From contig OX597818.1 in NCBI GenBank assembly GCA_951406725.2, positions 59,954,001-60,018,000 on the forward strand: a DNA stretch of 64,000 nucleotides, read 5' to 3'. Below are positions 12,886-26,313 of the stretch, piece by piece. Below the pieces are notes generated by a model. It did not search any database. It had not been told where the DNA came from and was given only the letters and a program-made list of their open reading frames with translations. Positions within the stretch are counted from its first letter, which is position 1. Every line of letters starts with the position of its first letter. The DNA is from Octopus vulgaris (Eukaryota). Position numbers and translations under genes: made by a program.

Positions 12886-13254
12886 TCCCTTCGTCAGTAC
12901 TGGACATCTGCCTGCCAGACGTGACAGTTGAACGTCCTAGCTCGCAACATATAGAAATGCAGACGATATCCAGCCGTTGATCTTTCAACAAGGTAAGTAG
13001 CTAGTTCTGAAATCTCTGTAACATGCAAGTTGTACCAATTCTGAAAACTGGTAGTAACAATACTGAAAACGATAGTAGAGTAGTATCTGTACAGCCATGT
13101 TGAAGTGGCATCATACATATATTTTCAGTGTTGCTATTACTTACATCTCTTACAGACATTTTAGAACTAGCTATTTTGCTTCTATATATATATATGTTTG
13201 TATGTATGTATGTATATGTATATATATATATATATGTGTGTGTGTATGGATGGA

Positions 13255-13300
13255 TGGATGAATTTGGTAGACGAAAATTGAAAGAAACCCGTCGTATATA

Positions 13301-13368
<68 letters not shown>

Positions 13369-13580
13369 CTTGTGTGTCTGTGCTTGTCTCCCCAACATCG
13401 CTTGACAACCGATGCTGATGTGTTTACATCCCCGTAACTTCGCGGTTCGGCAAAAGAGACCGATAGAATAAGTACTAGGCTTACAAAGAATAAGTCCTAG
13501 GGTCGGTTTGCTCTGACTAAAGGTGGTGTTCCAGAATGGCCACAGTCAAATGACTGAAACAAGTAAAGAGAGTAATAGAG
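13255..13580 (+). mobile_element. SINE family B (5' truncated)
   Basis: TTTGGTAGACG..internal (TG)n..GACTGAAACAAGTAAAGAG. Confidence 0.85.
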
Positions 13581-13685
13581 AAAGAGTTGGTTTCTAACCT
13601 AGATTCGCGGCACCTTCATTGGAATTTCAACATCAACAGGGTACGTATGTATGTATGTATGTATGTATGTATGTATGTATGTATG

Positions 13686-13719
<34 letters not shown>

Positions 13720-13894
13720 TGTATGTATGTATGTATGTATGTATGTATGTATGTATGTTGCTTAGTGAGTGGGATTGACTCAGTGCACAGCCTTTCCTCA
13801 CTTTAAAAAAATCTTCTTGCACAGGTATTGCAGGATAACAACATTGATTAAGCTTCGTGCAATGGCCATACTCGATAACGAGGGGACAGCCACC

Positions 13895-13927
<33 letters not shown>

Positions 13928-14009
13928 TGTATGTATGTATGTATGTATGTATGTATGTATGTATGTATGCATGTATGTATGTATGTGTCTGTGTACATTT
14001 ATATATACG

Positions 14010-14053
<44 letters not shown>

Positions 14054-15322
14054 TATGTAGGTATGTGCGTATGCATATGTGTTTGTATGGTGTTGCAGTA
14101 AAAATCTAATACATCTAATTCCATCTCAACTTCGAAAAGGCTATGAAAAAACAGGAGCACTTACACGTGTGTGTGTAACGGGGTGAGCGGGTGTTAGAAG
14201 TTAATTGAAGAGGATCTGAAATACAGAGTTGCTTGAAATAAAATTATTTTGAAATAAAAAGCGAAAGCTACTTTTAAGAGATGTTGGTACATAATGTGCT
14301 AAGCGAAAAAACAGCGGTTCAGAAAATTTGTAATATGATAATGAGCAAAACAAACCAAAAGAAAATAATATAGCGTGTGATCTTTGGAGTCAATTACAAA
14401 GATATAGAAAAATAAAAATGATACGACAAGAATAAATATAATCTTAGATTTTGTAACGAATGTAAGATTCTCTCTGGAAAAAAATTTCTTAAAAATATAT
14501 AAATGGTTTCTAAGTGAGTGGAATAAAAGACAGATAATATAAGAAATGAGAAATAATACCCAGATATTTTGGTTGATATTAACTGCATTATAATTAAGCA
14601 GGTGCGAAGATTGTGTTAGATCTTTACCAGAAATGAATCCATTTAAGTTATAGACTGCAATTTAAGATAATAAATATATAATTATTACCTGTATCTTTGA
14701 AGTAGCTCGGATGACGTAAGAAGTGTGAATAACTTGTTTACGGAAATATTGTTTGACGGATAAGATGTTGGAGGCAATCCTTCTAAATGTAAAACATGTT
14801 TAAAAGTCAATATATATTTACACACTGAGGAGTCTTCATGTACACTACAATGGGCTCTCAATGAATTATATAGATAATTTTAATTTCTATACACCGAGTC
14901 AGTTTTTTCAAGAATTATCTCCATTTCGTCTTCACAAATGAAACATAATGCTTATAATTTCGGAGATGCAGTTGCCAGGCAAGTGAATTTCTCTGAGACT
15001 GTGAAATGAAATTAAAGCAATTACCGTGTAGAAGACATATATTAGCCGTTCAAAAATGCACGGTAACTGTTAACTTCTCTTAAACATTTATTACATGGTT
15101 GTCAAAATTCTGGTCGCACCGTCTGAGACAATATGGTAAAAGCGCATCCCTGAACCGGATTTGCGTGCTTATCAAAGACTTTCTATGTGCCTTCCACGCT
15201 GTGATCTTCATAATTTTTACACATTAACATCTTTAAGATTTTCCAAGTACTTTTCAGTTAAACAGTCTTGTTTATTTCATGCCCCTGACGAGAGAGAACT
15301 TCTCTACATATTTATCTTGATA

Positions 15323-15713
15323 CTAGCAGTGTCGCCCGGCGTTGCTCGGGTTTGTTTCGACCCTTTAGAACTGGAATTTTTAAAAACTAAAACTTTTGCA
15401 TTATGTAGCTTGTTATTCTCTTTAAGTGAACATTTTTCTGGTTGAAATACACCGAAAAATGGCGACACGGCAGTTAACAAATCGTAAAAAATAGGGATTT
15501 TCATAGAAAAAAAAAGCACCTTTTTGATGTAAATAATTTTTGGTATTAACACGGTCCGATTTGAATTTTATCTGCTACAGAAGAAAGGGCAAGCCTTCTT
15601 CTATCATACTCTCAATTTTGGTCAACTTGCACCGCAGGGTCTCGGAGGAGATAGTGTTAGTTGAAGGCTATCAAACCTGCCATACACAGACAACTTCAGC
15701 TTTATATATAAGA
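15323..15713 (-). mobile_element. Non-autonomous Helitron (second subfamily)
   Basis: TC...hairpin-CTAG termini on minus strand; same ends as 9622-10018 but different interior. Confidence 0.8.
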
Positions 15714-16091
15714 CTAGCAGTATCGCCCGGCGTTACTCGGCTTGTAGGGGAAATAACTATATAAGCATTTTTAGAGATGTAAAGTATAATAGCCATCTCA
15801 ATATGGCTAACCACAAAGGGGTTACTGTAGCTTTTTACGTTCTGAAATTTAATAATAAATTTTTAGAGAGTTACTTCCCTTATATATGCCAAAAATGCAT
15901 TAAAAATGGGTAAATTTTTTTTTAAATCGTAGACTCATCGTAGACGCGCGCTAATACCCAGAAGGGCTCGATATGAATCACGACTATAAGATACCCGGTT
16001 TTGGTTAAACTGCACCGCAAAATGTGGGAGTAGTTAGGAATCTAAATCGTAGGAGACAGACAGCACACAACTTCACTTTTATATATAAAGA
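15714..16091 (-). mobile_element. Non-autonomous Helitron
   Basis: TC...CTAG termini; interior matches 9622-10018; abuts the previous Helitron directly. Confidence 0.85.
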
Positions 16092-16611
16092 TTATCGCCC
16101 ACTCGTTCAGTCCATCTTTCCTTCTCCTGACATCGAACAGCTACAGCGTAGAAGTAATGTCGACCATATCACAAATAATCGGATTTGTCTTAGGGCGCTT
16201 ACAAAGTTCATAGACCTTGCCTTATTTTCCAGATACATCTTATAGTAACCATACTGAAATTTAAGTTGGCAACAGTACTTCAGATATCTTCCTCTTTCTG
16301 AGACCGTTTCACAACCTAAAAGTATCCTACATAGCTTTGTCGATTTTCAAAAGTTATCGCTGATTATGTCTTCATACAATAAGAATTTTAAGAATATCTG
16401 TAGATGATCCGTTTTATACCTTAATATGTTTTGTAGAAAATTTCTACACATCATATCTGTCCGTATGTTGGAATAATATTTTCTGTTACATGTAAACGCG
16501 CATATTTACCAACGAAATTTTATGTAATGTGGCGCTAGATCAACTTCTTAAGTTCTAACAACTCCAACCAAATACATTGGGGGCTAATCATTCTTTTTTT
16601 TATATATATAC

Positions 16612-16654
<43 letters not shown>

Positions 16655-16670
16655 GTATGAATGTATGTAT

Positions 16671-16702
<32 letters not shown>

Positions 16703-16723
16703 ATAATTGGTTGGTTGTCATAA

Positions 16724-16861
16724 TAATAAAACTCGGAGTTTCGGATGCTGGGGCTGACGTCTGCTCCGGCATCACATCAGAAATTAAGAAAAACAAAAAC
16801 GCTTGTTTCTCTCTAATAACTAATGAGATGCCGGAGCAGACTTCAGCCCCAGCATCCGAAA
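16724..16861. ncRNA. Inverted pair of partial hammerhead motifs
   Basis: Minus copy 16724-16780: CUGAUGU-GAUGC..GCAUC-c-GAAACUCCGAGUU|UUAUUA. Plus copy 16814-16861: UAAUAA-CUAAUGA-GAUGC..GCAUC-c-GAAA. Together they reconstruct one full motif. Confidence 0.6.
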
Positions 16862-17120
16862 TAATATAAAGTTCTCAAATCAATTAGTAACATCTTAGGG
16901 AAGGTAAATATACAGATAAAGATGTAGATATGAATTTCAGGAACATAAGGTAGTATTGTTAGGATGCCAACCAGACCAAAATTAAGTTGTGAACTTAATT
17001 TTGGTCTGGTTGGCATCCTAACAATACTACCTTATGTTCCTGAAATTCATATCTACATCTTTATCTGTATATTTACCTTCCCTAAGATGTTACTAATTGA
17101 TTTGAGAACTTTATATTATT
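16860..17120. repeat. Palindrome, 129-bp arms with 3-nt loop
   Basis: 16860-16988 reads as the exact reverse complement of 16992-17120; loop GTG. Confidence 0.92.
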
Positions 17121-17136
17121 GGAAAACCTACCTAAA

Positions 17137-17222
17137 TTAGCTGAAGATTACTCGACATAGTATATATGCTGTAATATTTACAGCTTTTAATAAAATGTTA
17201 TAGTATGAAACAATTGTACTAA
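17137..17222 (+). ncRNA. Type-I hammerhead motif with long stem II
   Basis: UUAG-CUGAAGA-uUACU...AGUAu-GAAAC-AAUU-GUA|CUAA; stem III palindrome ACAAUUGU. Confidence 0.72.
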
Positions 17223-17254
17223 ATTACCGGATCCATTCTTGTTGCTTATTTTTG

Positions 17255-17289
<35 letters not shown>

Positions 17290-17496
17290 AAGTAACTTTC
17301 CGAAACTGGTTAAGGTGGATATATAATTCTAGCGGGTCCCGTGCTCGCTCTTATCGGCTTAGCAATGCTGGCTAGCCTCAATGAATGTAGTTGAACTCCA
17401 GTTAGTTGAATTTACTACAATGGTAAATCCTCACTTTGATAAATCCAAATGTCTTTCTAAAAACTGTATAGTATCGGTAGATACACTGCGGGTGTT

Positions 17497-17547
<51 letters not shown>

Positions 17548-17929
17548 CTCCGGTACGTATTAATCCTTTCTACTAGAGGCAGAAGACCTGAAAATTTGAG
17601 GTACGGGACCAGCTGATTATATCAACTGCAGTATTTCACTAGTACTTTATTTATCGATCCCAACATGATGAAAGGCAAAGTCAACCCCGGATGAATTTGA
17701 ACTCAGAACGGTAAAGATGGAGAAACGTATTAATAACTAATATGCGAATCATCGTTCCAGATCTCGCTGTACACATAGCAAATAATGTTATTAATTTTAT
17801 ATTGGTCAGCTAAAATTATAAACAAAGTTAGTGGCTTGTTTGGGTTTAAAGGCCCGCGTACTTTTAACTGACGAGACACAACATGTCAAGACACACTGTA
17901 ATTATATATATATATATATATTTCTTTAC

Positions 17930-18333
17930 TACCCACAAGGGGCTAAACACAGAGGGTACAAACAAGGACAGACAAACGGATTAAGTCGATTATATCGACC
18001 CCAGTGCGTAACTGGTACTTATTTAATCGACCCCGAAAGGATGACAGGCAAAGTCGACCTCGGCGGAATTTGAACTCAGAACGTAACGGCAAACGAAATA
18101 CGTTTTTTTTTATTACCAACAAGGGGCTAAACACAGAAAGGACAAACAAGGACAGGCAAACGGATTAAGTCGATTATATTAACCCCAGTGCGTAACTGGT
18201 ACTTAATTTATCGACCCCGAAAGGATGAAAGGCAAAGTCGACCTCGGCGGAATTTGAACTCAGAACGTAACGGCAGACGAAATACGGCTACGCATTTCGC
18301 CCCGCGTGCTAACGTTTCTGGCAGCTCGCCGCC
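17930..18333 (-). mobile_element. SINE family A with duplicated body
   Basis: Full head GGCGGCGAGCTG..; two body units. Confidence 0.88.
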
Positions 18334-18697
18334 TTTTTACACCAGTATTATATATATATATATATATATAATACAGGTGTAAAAACTTGAATGTAGATTC
18401 GTCCTTTAATTTGGAGGTTTCCAAAAACAGATTTCTAATGTTGGTTCGTCATACATTTTTGGTATTTTACAGGCGTAAATTTACCAAGATATGAAACTAG
18501 TACTTGTATATAACGTCTGGTGAATTTATGGAATGAACTCCCATAAAACTCATCAGTTTAGTTTAAAATGGAAGATAGAAGAACGAAACGATTGTCTGCA
18601 AGAATTAAACTTCTTATATATTTCAATAACCTGTTTCCTCCATTTTTAAATAAATTGATGTTTTCTTATAGGACTCCTTTCCATAAATTAACCATAC

Positions 18698-18831
<134 letters not shown>

Positions 18832-18851
18832 AACACACGTATAAATACGTA

Positions 18852-18886
<35 letters not shown>

Positions 18887-19168
18887 ATGTACTTATACGT
18901 GTGTACAAATATGTTGGTAAATAATTTACAATGTTTAGTCATAGATTTTATAGGTTGTTGTGAAAGAAAGGAACAGAGAAAATCTTTATGCTTTATTGCA
19001 CTGATAAAAAAATATATTGTAATATATTATTTAATTCTAATCATCCACAAAAGTTTAGAAATAGATTTGTAAAATAGTGAGAAACATATTTTCAAAATAA
19101 AATTATCGTTTTGGAAATTTGTATGAATGGCTTATACATTTTTCATCAGTTGATGCCGTATGCCATTC

Positions 19169-19216
<48 letters not shown>

Positions 19217-19418
19217 ATATATATATATATGCATACATATATACATATATATGTTCTTATCTATATATGTATGTATGTCTATATATTTATATGAATATAT
19301 ACACATATATATAAATACAAATATATTTACAGAGACAGACAGATGGACAGACATGCAGACAGATAGACAAACATACAGAAACAACTTGTTTTAAATCTCT
19401 GGGCGAAAGATATACAGT

Positions 19419-19762
19419 ACCAACAGAATGTGACAGCCCTGTAAAGGATATTACTGTTGTTTTGGACCCCACAAAAACCTAGTTTTCAGCTGGCTATCGA
19501 CACATTGTTTGTGCCCGTATACTCTTTGCAAAGGGAGTCATCGCCCCGATCTCTGGCATGTGGTTGTCTCACACTCAGCACGGGTAACTACCTAGAAAAA
19601 TATGTCTGTGAGTATCACGTAAGGCTAGAGATAGCAACGATACTCCCTTCCTGCAAATATATGGACACAAACTGTGTGTCGATAACCAGCTGGAAAAGAG
19701 GTTTTCCTGGGGCTAAAACAACAGTAACACCGTCCTTTATAGGACTGCCACATTCTGTTGGC
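19419..19762. repeat. Diverged fold-back (MITE-like) element
   Basis: CCAACAGAATGTG..CAGCTGGCTATCGACACA is mirrored by TGTGTCGATAACCAGCTG..CACATTCTGTTGG; inner arms also pair imperfectly. Confidence 0.7.
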
Positions 19763-19800
19763 ATATAAACTTTACTATATATAGATATATACATATATAT

Positions 19801-19850
<50 letters not shown>

Positions 19851-20113
19851 TAGGTTATTTCCCTTGAGTGTTTAAAACAATTGTAAAGGTGCTATGGGTT
19901 ATTTGCCTTGGGTGTTTAAAAAAAAATTAGTTATATGAGGTAGATGTAAAGATCCCTTCCAGGGGCCGTATTAACGATTTTTTTCAACAATCTAAGTATG
20001 TCACAAGGTTTCCAGAAATGAGTTCTCACGTGTCAACATTGATCAAAATCAATAAAACGATATAGGAGTTAGCTAACAACGCCACAAGCAAGCACACACC
20101 GAATATATATCTC

Positions 20114-20187
<74 letters not shown>

Positions 20188-20196
20188 TATATATAT

Positions 20197-20275
<79 letters not shown>

Positions 20276-20848
20276 CATAGATATACATATTTGTTATATA
20301 AATCAGAAATTATATATCTACTTTAACGATTTTATTTTCCTTTTGTGCAAAAATGTCGTTGTTTCTAACTGTCAGCAGTATTTTCAAAGTCTCTTTTTCT
20401 ACATTTATTCCTGTATTAGAATACCATTCTTTCTTCTAAATCTAGCTGCATCTGCAACGAAATGTCGAATATTGCTGAATTCTTTATACGCCATTTCCCC
20501 CAATACATCTGTCACACGGTTTATTAATGCCCCGGAAATAGTTAAAATATTCAATGGGTTTTCATGTACTGTCTTTCATAAAATGAGAAGCGTTACTTCT
20601 GTTCATATAATCTGTGTTTCCCTTGATATGTAACATTCTATAATAACAATATAACGATTTACCAGGAAAAAGATATCACCCCAAAGTAATATCTTAATGT
20701 GTCTATAACATGTGGTTGTTTTTCATATATTCTGTATTCTAAAAAAGCAACATTTTCGCATAAACGCTTTTGCATGGAAACTAAAGCCCTTTGTTTTCAA
20801 TATGCAAGTTGAGTTTATTACACATACATATACACACAAACACATATA

Positions 20849-20890
<42 letters not shown>

Positions 20891-20895
<5 letters not shown>

Positions 20896-21041
20896 ACAAG
20901 ATAAAACTACCTTTAGCAAGTAATTTTTACACGCTAGAAGAAGCAGTCAAAACTACCAAAACCACATTTAAGAGCACATTTTGACTGCTTCTTTTAGCGT
21001 GTAAAAAATTATCTGTTAAAGGTAGTTTTCTCTTGTGTTTA
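20891..21041. repeat. Inverted repeat (~60-bp arms) adjacent to (TA)n
   Basis: TAAACACAAGA..GAAGAAGCAGTCAAAA versus TTTTGACTGCTTCTT..TCTTGTGTTTA. Confidence 0.8.
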
Positions 21042-21113
21042 AAGGTACACTATTTTATACATGCTAGGTCACTGTTCGTGATATTTCTAAGAATATTTGC
21101 AACCCTTTATATG

Positions 21114-21161
<48 letters not shown>

Positions 21162-21560
21162 CATAGATACATACATACATAGATACATACATACATACAT
21201 ACATATATACATACATACATACATATATACGTGCACACATAAACATGCGTATATATGTATGTAGGATGTGTAAGTATGAATGTAGGTAGGCTTGTATATG
21301 AAGGATAGTAAATACCTAAATTCCTATGTGCCAAAATCTTTGTAGATATGCTTAATTTACATATATGTATACACAGTATACATACGAATGGAAGACTACA
21401 CAAGCAACATAAAGAACGACCCTTCATCAGTTGTCGGCTGTTTTTCTATTCTATATTTCGAGTAATTCACGACAACATATGCCAAGTGTGTGTGTGTGTG
21501 TATGTGCGAACGCATTTCCCCAGCGTACCTAGTCACCTGTGAACTAAACCCCATAATTTG

Positions 21561-21591
<31 letters not shown>

Positions 21592-21625
21592 ATATACATC
21601 ACACACACATGTACACATACATACA

Positions 21626-22035
<410 letters not shown>

Positions 22036-22446
22036 TTAATAGCTCAATAAATTGATCCTTAAGCTGTGCATGACACGAGTTCGCTTTCATGAAAAGAGTT
22101 CACCACTTTGTGTGTTTGTATACATATTCATATATATGTACATAGTTAATCGAAAATATATTCAATGAGAATACAATATACTGAATTTCGAATAAGCGCT
22201 CTTGGTAGCGAAATATCTAAAATCTTTGGACCAAAGCACATCTATGCCAGTTACTTTTTAAACAACATCTTTTTCATTTATTTTAAATAGCATTCGATTA
22301 ACTTCGCTGAAATTTATCCTTTTGTTATCTGACGAGTGGATGCACTGCCGAATAATGATAATCAATTTTAGATTTCATTTAGAAGGACAATACATTCATG
22401 AAACGATCGTAAGATGTTTTAAACTTTTTACATAATCATACTTTAG

Positions 22447-22770
22447 ATATTCTGTTGTGTCTGGGGAGAGTCATTTTCATTTTGTGCCTTATAATGTAAC
22501 AACTCACCGGTAAAATTTCCACTTATTTTATATTTTTATCTTCCTAAAATTTTCGTTGCGTCTTGCAGCCTTCTCAAGACTATTGAAAAGGTTACAAGAC
22601 GCAACGAAAATTTTAGAAAAATAAAAAAATGTTTAAATAAGTGGAAATTTTACCGGTGAGTTGTTACATTATAAGGCACAAAATGAAAATAATTCTCCCC
22701 AGACACAACAGAATATGCTTCAACACACAAACTCACACAAAGAATCTTGCAAACCAATTCCCAAAACGAA
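22447..22770. mobile_element. Inverted-duplicated pLTR-like element with two U3:A8 hammerhead motifs
   Basis: Arms 22447-22577 and 22583-22714; homologous to 50404-50885 and 62640-62775. Confidence 0.75.
22580..22616 (+). ncRNA. Minimal hammerhead motif, U3:A8 variant (mirror copy 22544-22577 on minus strand)
   Basis: CUA-UUGAAAA-g-GUUAC(aagac)GCAAC-GAAA-AUUU|UAG; mirror copy core UUGAGAA. Confidence 0.6.
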
Positions 22771-23023
22771 ATACTTTAGATATTTGTATGTCTATTTATT
22801 AATACAATATTATTTTGAACGTATATCTTCTGTGATGATTTTTTTGATGTAATTTTTCCTGCTCTTACTTTATAATGTGTATGTATGTATATATGTATGT
22901 ATGTATGTTATGTATGTATGTATGTATGTACGTATGTATGTATGTTATGTATGTATGTTATGTATGTATGTTATGTATGCATGTATGAATGTATGTATGT
23001 ATGTATGCATCTACGTATGTATG

Positions 23024-23055
<32 letters not shown>

Positions 23056-23485
23056 TGTATGTATGTATGTATGCATGTATGTATGCATCTACGTATGTAT
23101 GTATGTATGTATGTATGTATGTATCTACGTATGTATGTATGTATATGTATGTATGTATGAATGTATGTATGTATGTATGTATGTATGTATGTATGTATGT
23201 ATCTTTTGGAGATTAACTTGTCTGGCAAGTGATTTGCTCTCAGACATGGAACTGAAACTCATATAATTAAACAGCGGAGGACACACATTATCCGTTCCAA
23301 ACAAACAAAACTAGTTGACTGCAATTAAACATTTGGTGTCAAAATTTTTACTCGATCGCTAATATGTCTTCTGCACGGAAATCTTATACGCAAACGTTCA
23401 CACGCACAAGCATATATGTGTATATGTGTGTGTACACATTTATATGTATACAAACAAACATACATGTGTGTGTGTGTGTGTCCAT

Positions 23486-23526
<41 letters not shown>

Positions 23527-23563
23527 CAAATATACACGTATGTGTGTGTATACATACACATTT

Positions 23564-23594
<31 letters not shown>

Positions 23595-23665
23595 ATATAT
23601 AATTAAATTATATATATATATACAAGCAAATATACACGTATGCATTTGTATACATACACACACAC

Positions 23666-23697
<32 letters not shown>

Positions 23698-23981
23698 AAG
23701 TAAATATACACGTATGCATGTGTATACATACACATTTATATATATATACAAACAAATATGTGTGTGTATAAATAAAACTTTTATATGTATACAAACAAGG
23801 ATGCATGTGTGTATGTTTACATACACATTTATATATATATATACAAGCAAGCATACACTGTGTGTGTAAACGTAGACATTTATATACATACAAACAAACA
23901 TGTCTGTGTATACACATTTAAATGTATACAAACATACACGTATGTGTTTGTATACATACACATATGTATATATATATACAA

Positions 23982-24044
<63 letters not shown>

Positions 24045-24398
24045 TGTGTGTCTGTGTGTGTTTGTGTGTGTGTGTGTGTTCACATATGTAGACATTCAGT
24101 CAATAGGTTTCCTTCTTCGGTGGCATCTTTTGAAATTAGCCAAGTCAAACTATTTGGAATGTTGATTGCTAAAATGAAAATTTAACTATTATTAAATTAT
24201 CCGAGACATTGGAATTTAAATAAGAATCAGTTATAAAGTTTCATTAATTTTAAATTTTTCTCCAGTATTATCATTTTTGTTTTTTTTGTCTGGCATTTCA
24301 ATGCAGCTCTACTTTTTTGCGTCATAACACTGTTTTTTTTTTCTTTATTATTTTTTTTTATTTTGTTTCATATGTAACACTTGCTTCTGAATGTTATA

Positions 24399-25714
24399 CG
24401 AGGTGTAGTCAAACATTATCCGACCTTCATTTTGTGGCACAAAATAACAATACGTTAGAAAAATCCTTATGGGTATTATATGGCCATAACGTGACTCGTT
24501 AAAGGCGGCGAGCTGGCAGAAACGTTAGCACGCCGGGCGAAATGCGTAGCCGTATTTCGTCTGCCGTTACGTTCTGAGTTCAAATTCCGCCGAGGTCGAC
24601 TTTGCCTTTCATCCTTTCGGGGTCGATAAATTAAGTACCAGTTACGCACTGGGGTCGATATAATCGACTTAATCCGTGTGTCTGTCCTTGTTTGTCCTCT
24701 CTGTGTTTAGCCCCTTGTGGGTAGTAAAGAAATAGGTATTTCGACTGCCGTTACGTTCTGAGTTCAAATTCCGCTGAGGTCGACTTGGCCTTTCATCAGT
24801 TCGGGGTCGATAAATTAAGTACCAGTTACGCACTGGGGTCGATATAATCGACTTAATCCGTGTGTCTGTCCTTGTTTGTCCCCTCTGTAGTAAAGAAATA
24901 GGTATTATGTGGCACGTCGTTCCTGAGCATGCGCAAGAATTTTCGTGTCTGTAGTTTGCGCCATTTGCCCACAGTGCCGCGTTGAGTATAGACATGAAGT
25001 GTATGCTGTGCGATTTCTCTTTTTGAGTGAAAATGACAGAGCACATTGAGCAAAGATACTGTTTTAAATTCTGCTTAAAACTTGGTGATATGCAGGCCCA
25101 GACTACTGAGAAGATTCAGAAGGCCTTTGTAGATGATGGTATGGGAAAAACACAAATAAGGGAATGGTACAACCGGTTCAAAGATGACCGCACCTCAGTG
25201 GACAGTGAGCCAGGTTGTGGGCAGACAATTAACATAGAACACTAATTGGGGGTTCTTCGTCGCATTCGTGAAGTTGTGCCACGACAACGACCTGACTTGT
25301 GGGCAGCAAAGAACTGGAAACTCCACCATGACAACGCACCCACTCAGACCGCCCACGTTGTCCAAGCATTCCTCGTCAACCAAAACATACCACTTGTTCG
25401 TCGGGTTTCCTGCTCCTCAGATTTGGTTCCGTGTGACTTTTGGCTGTTCCCGAAGCTCACAAAAGAGACAAAACACTCAGAGGGAGAAGATTTGAATCAA
25501 CAAAGGACCTTAAGCAAAATTCGACGGCACAGCTCTACAGCATCCCAAAAAGTGATTTCCAGAAATGTTTCCAACAGTGGAAGGAACGCTGGAAGAAGTA
25601 TGTAGAGCACTAAGGAGAGTACTTTGAAGGAGCCAAAATAAAAATGGTGAGTTTTTCAATATTACTTCATTTTTTTCTGTGGCCAAAGATCAGTTACTTT
25701 TTGACAACACCTTG
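24399..25714 (+). mobile_element. Mariner-type DNA transposon, internally deleted and frameshifted
   Basis: Imperfect ~29-bp TIRs (CGAGGTGTAGTCAAAC.. / ..TTTGACAACACCTTG) with TA on the left; HTH region EQRYCFKFCLKLG..WYNRFK at 25033-25225; catalytic-domain remnant LHHDNAP..SSDLVPCDFWLFPKL at 25246-25460. Confidence 0.9.
24503..24900 (+). mobile_element. SINE family A (duplicated body) nested in the mariner
   Basis: Full head, B-box GAGTTCAAATTC, two body units ending AAAGAAATA. Confidence 0.9.
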
Positions 25715-25960
25715 CATCTTGTATGGTGTGCGCATCTTTTATAGTTTACTTTTCTCAGTCGCAGAAGTGCGGCCATGCTGGTGCGCCGCCACGAAAGGTT
25801 TTGTAGAACAAATCGACTCCGGTGTTTATTTCTTAAGTCTATTCCTTATTTTATCGGTATCTTTCATCAAGCCCCTTGTAAGCTGCATGAATGTAAAGGA
25901 ACACACACCGTTTGTGAAGTGGTGGTGGGATGAACACAGAAACACATGCACACACACACA

Positions 25961-26059
<99 letters not shown>

Positions 26060-26313
26060 TTGCGTGTTTATATATAAATGCATGTATGTTTATACATATA
26101 TTTGTAATAGTCCGGTCGATCAACTGATCAATATATACATAAATAAAAAGGGGCGAGCAACAGGTTGCTTAGCCACATACCGAAAAATCAGAAATAGCAG
26201 TCAAAGACTGTTTATTTCTATTTTCCACAAATATGACTCCACATACATCATATCCATGTAATTCACATATGTAAAACAGAAGGAAAATATAAAGAAAATA
26301 TAGTCTAGGATTA

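Noticed and set aside
12898-12992. Exon-like segment ending AAG|gtaagt
   Set aside because: Stops in all three frames from the best acceptor; no recognisable product.
15285-15306. CTGACGA plus a short hairpin
   Set aside because: No downstream GAAA or NUH.
17867-17903. CTGACGA-GACA/TGTC-AAGAC..GTA
   Set aside because: GAAA has two mismatches and stem I is weak; not counted.
22329-22360. CTGACGA...CCGAATA
   Set aside because: Stem II is poor, GAAA is broken and there is no NUH.
25027-25605. Active mariner transposase
   Set aside because: Large internal deletion between the HTH and the second catalytic Asp region, plus stop, frameshift and degenerate TIRs.
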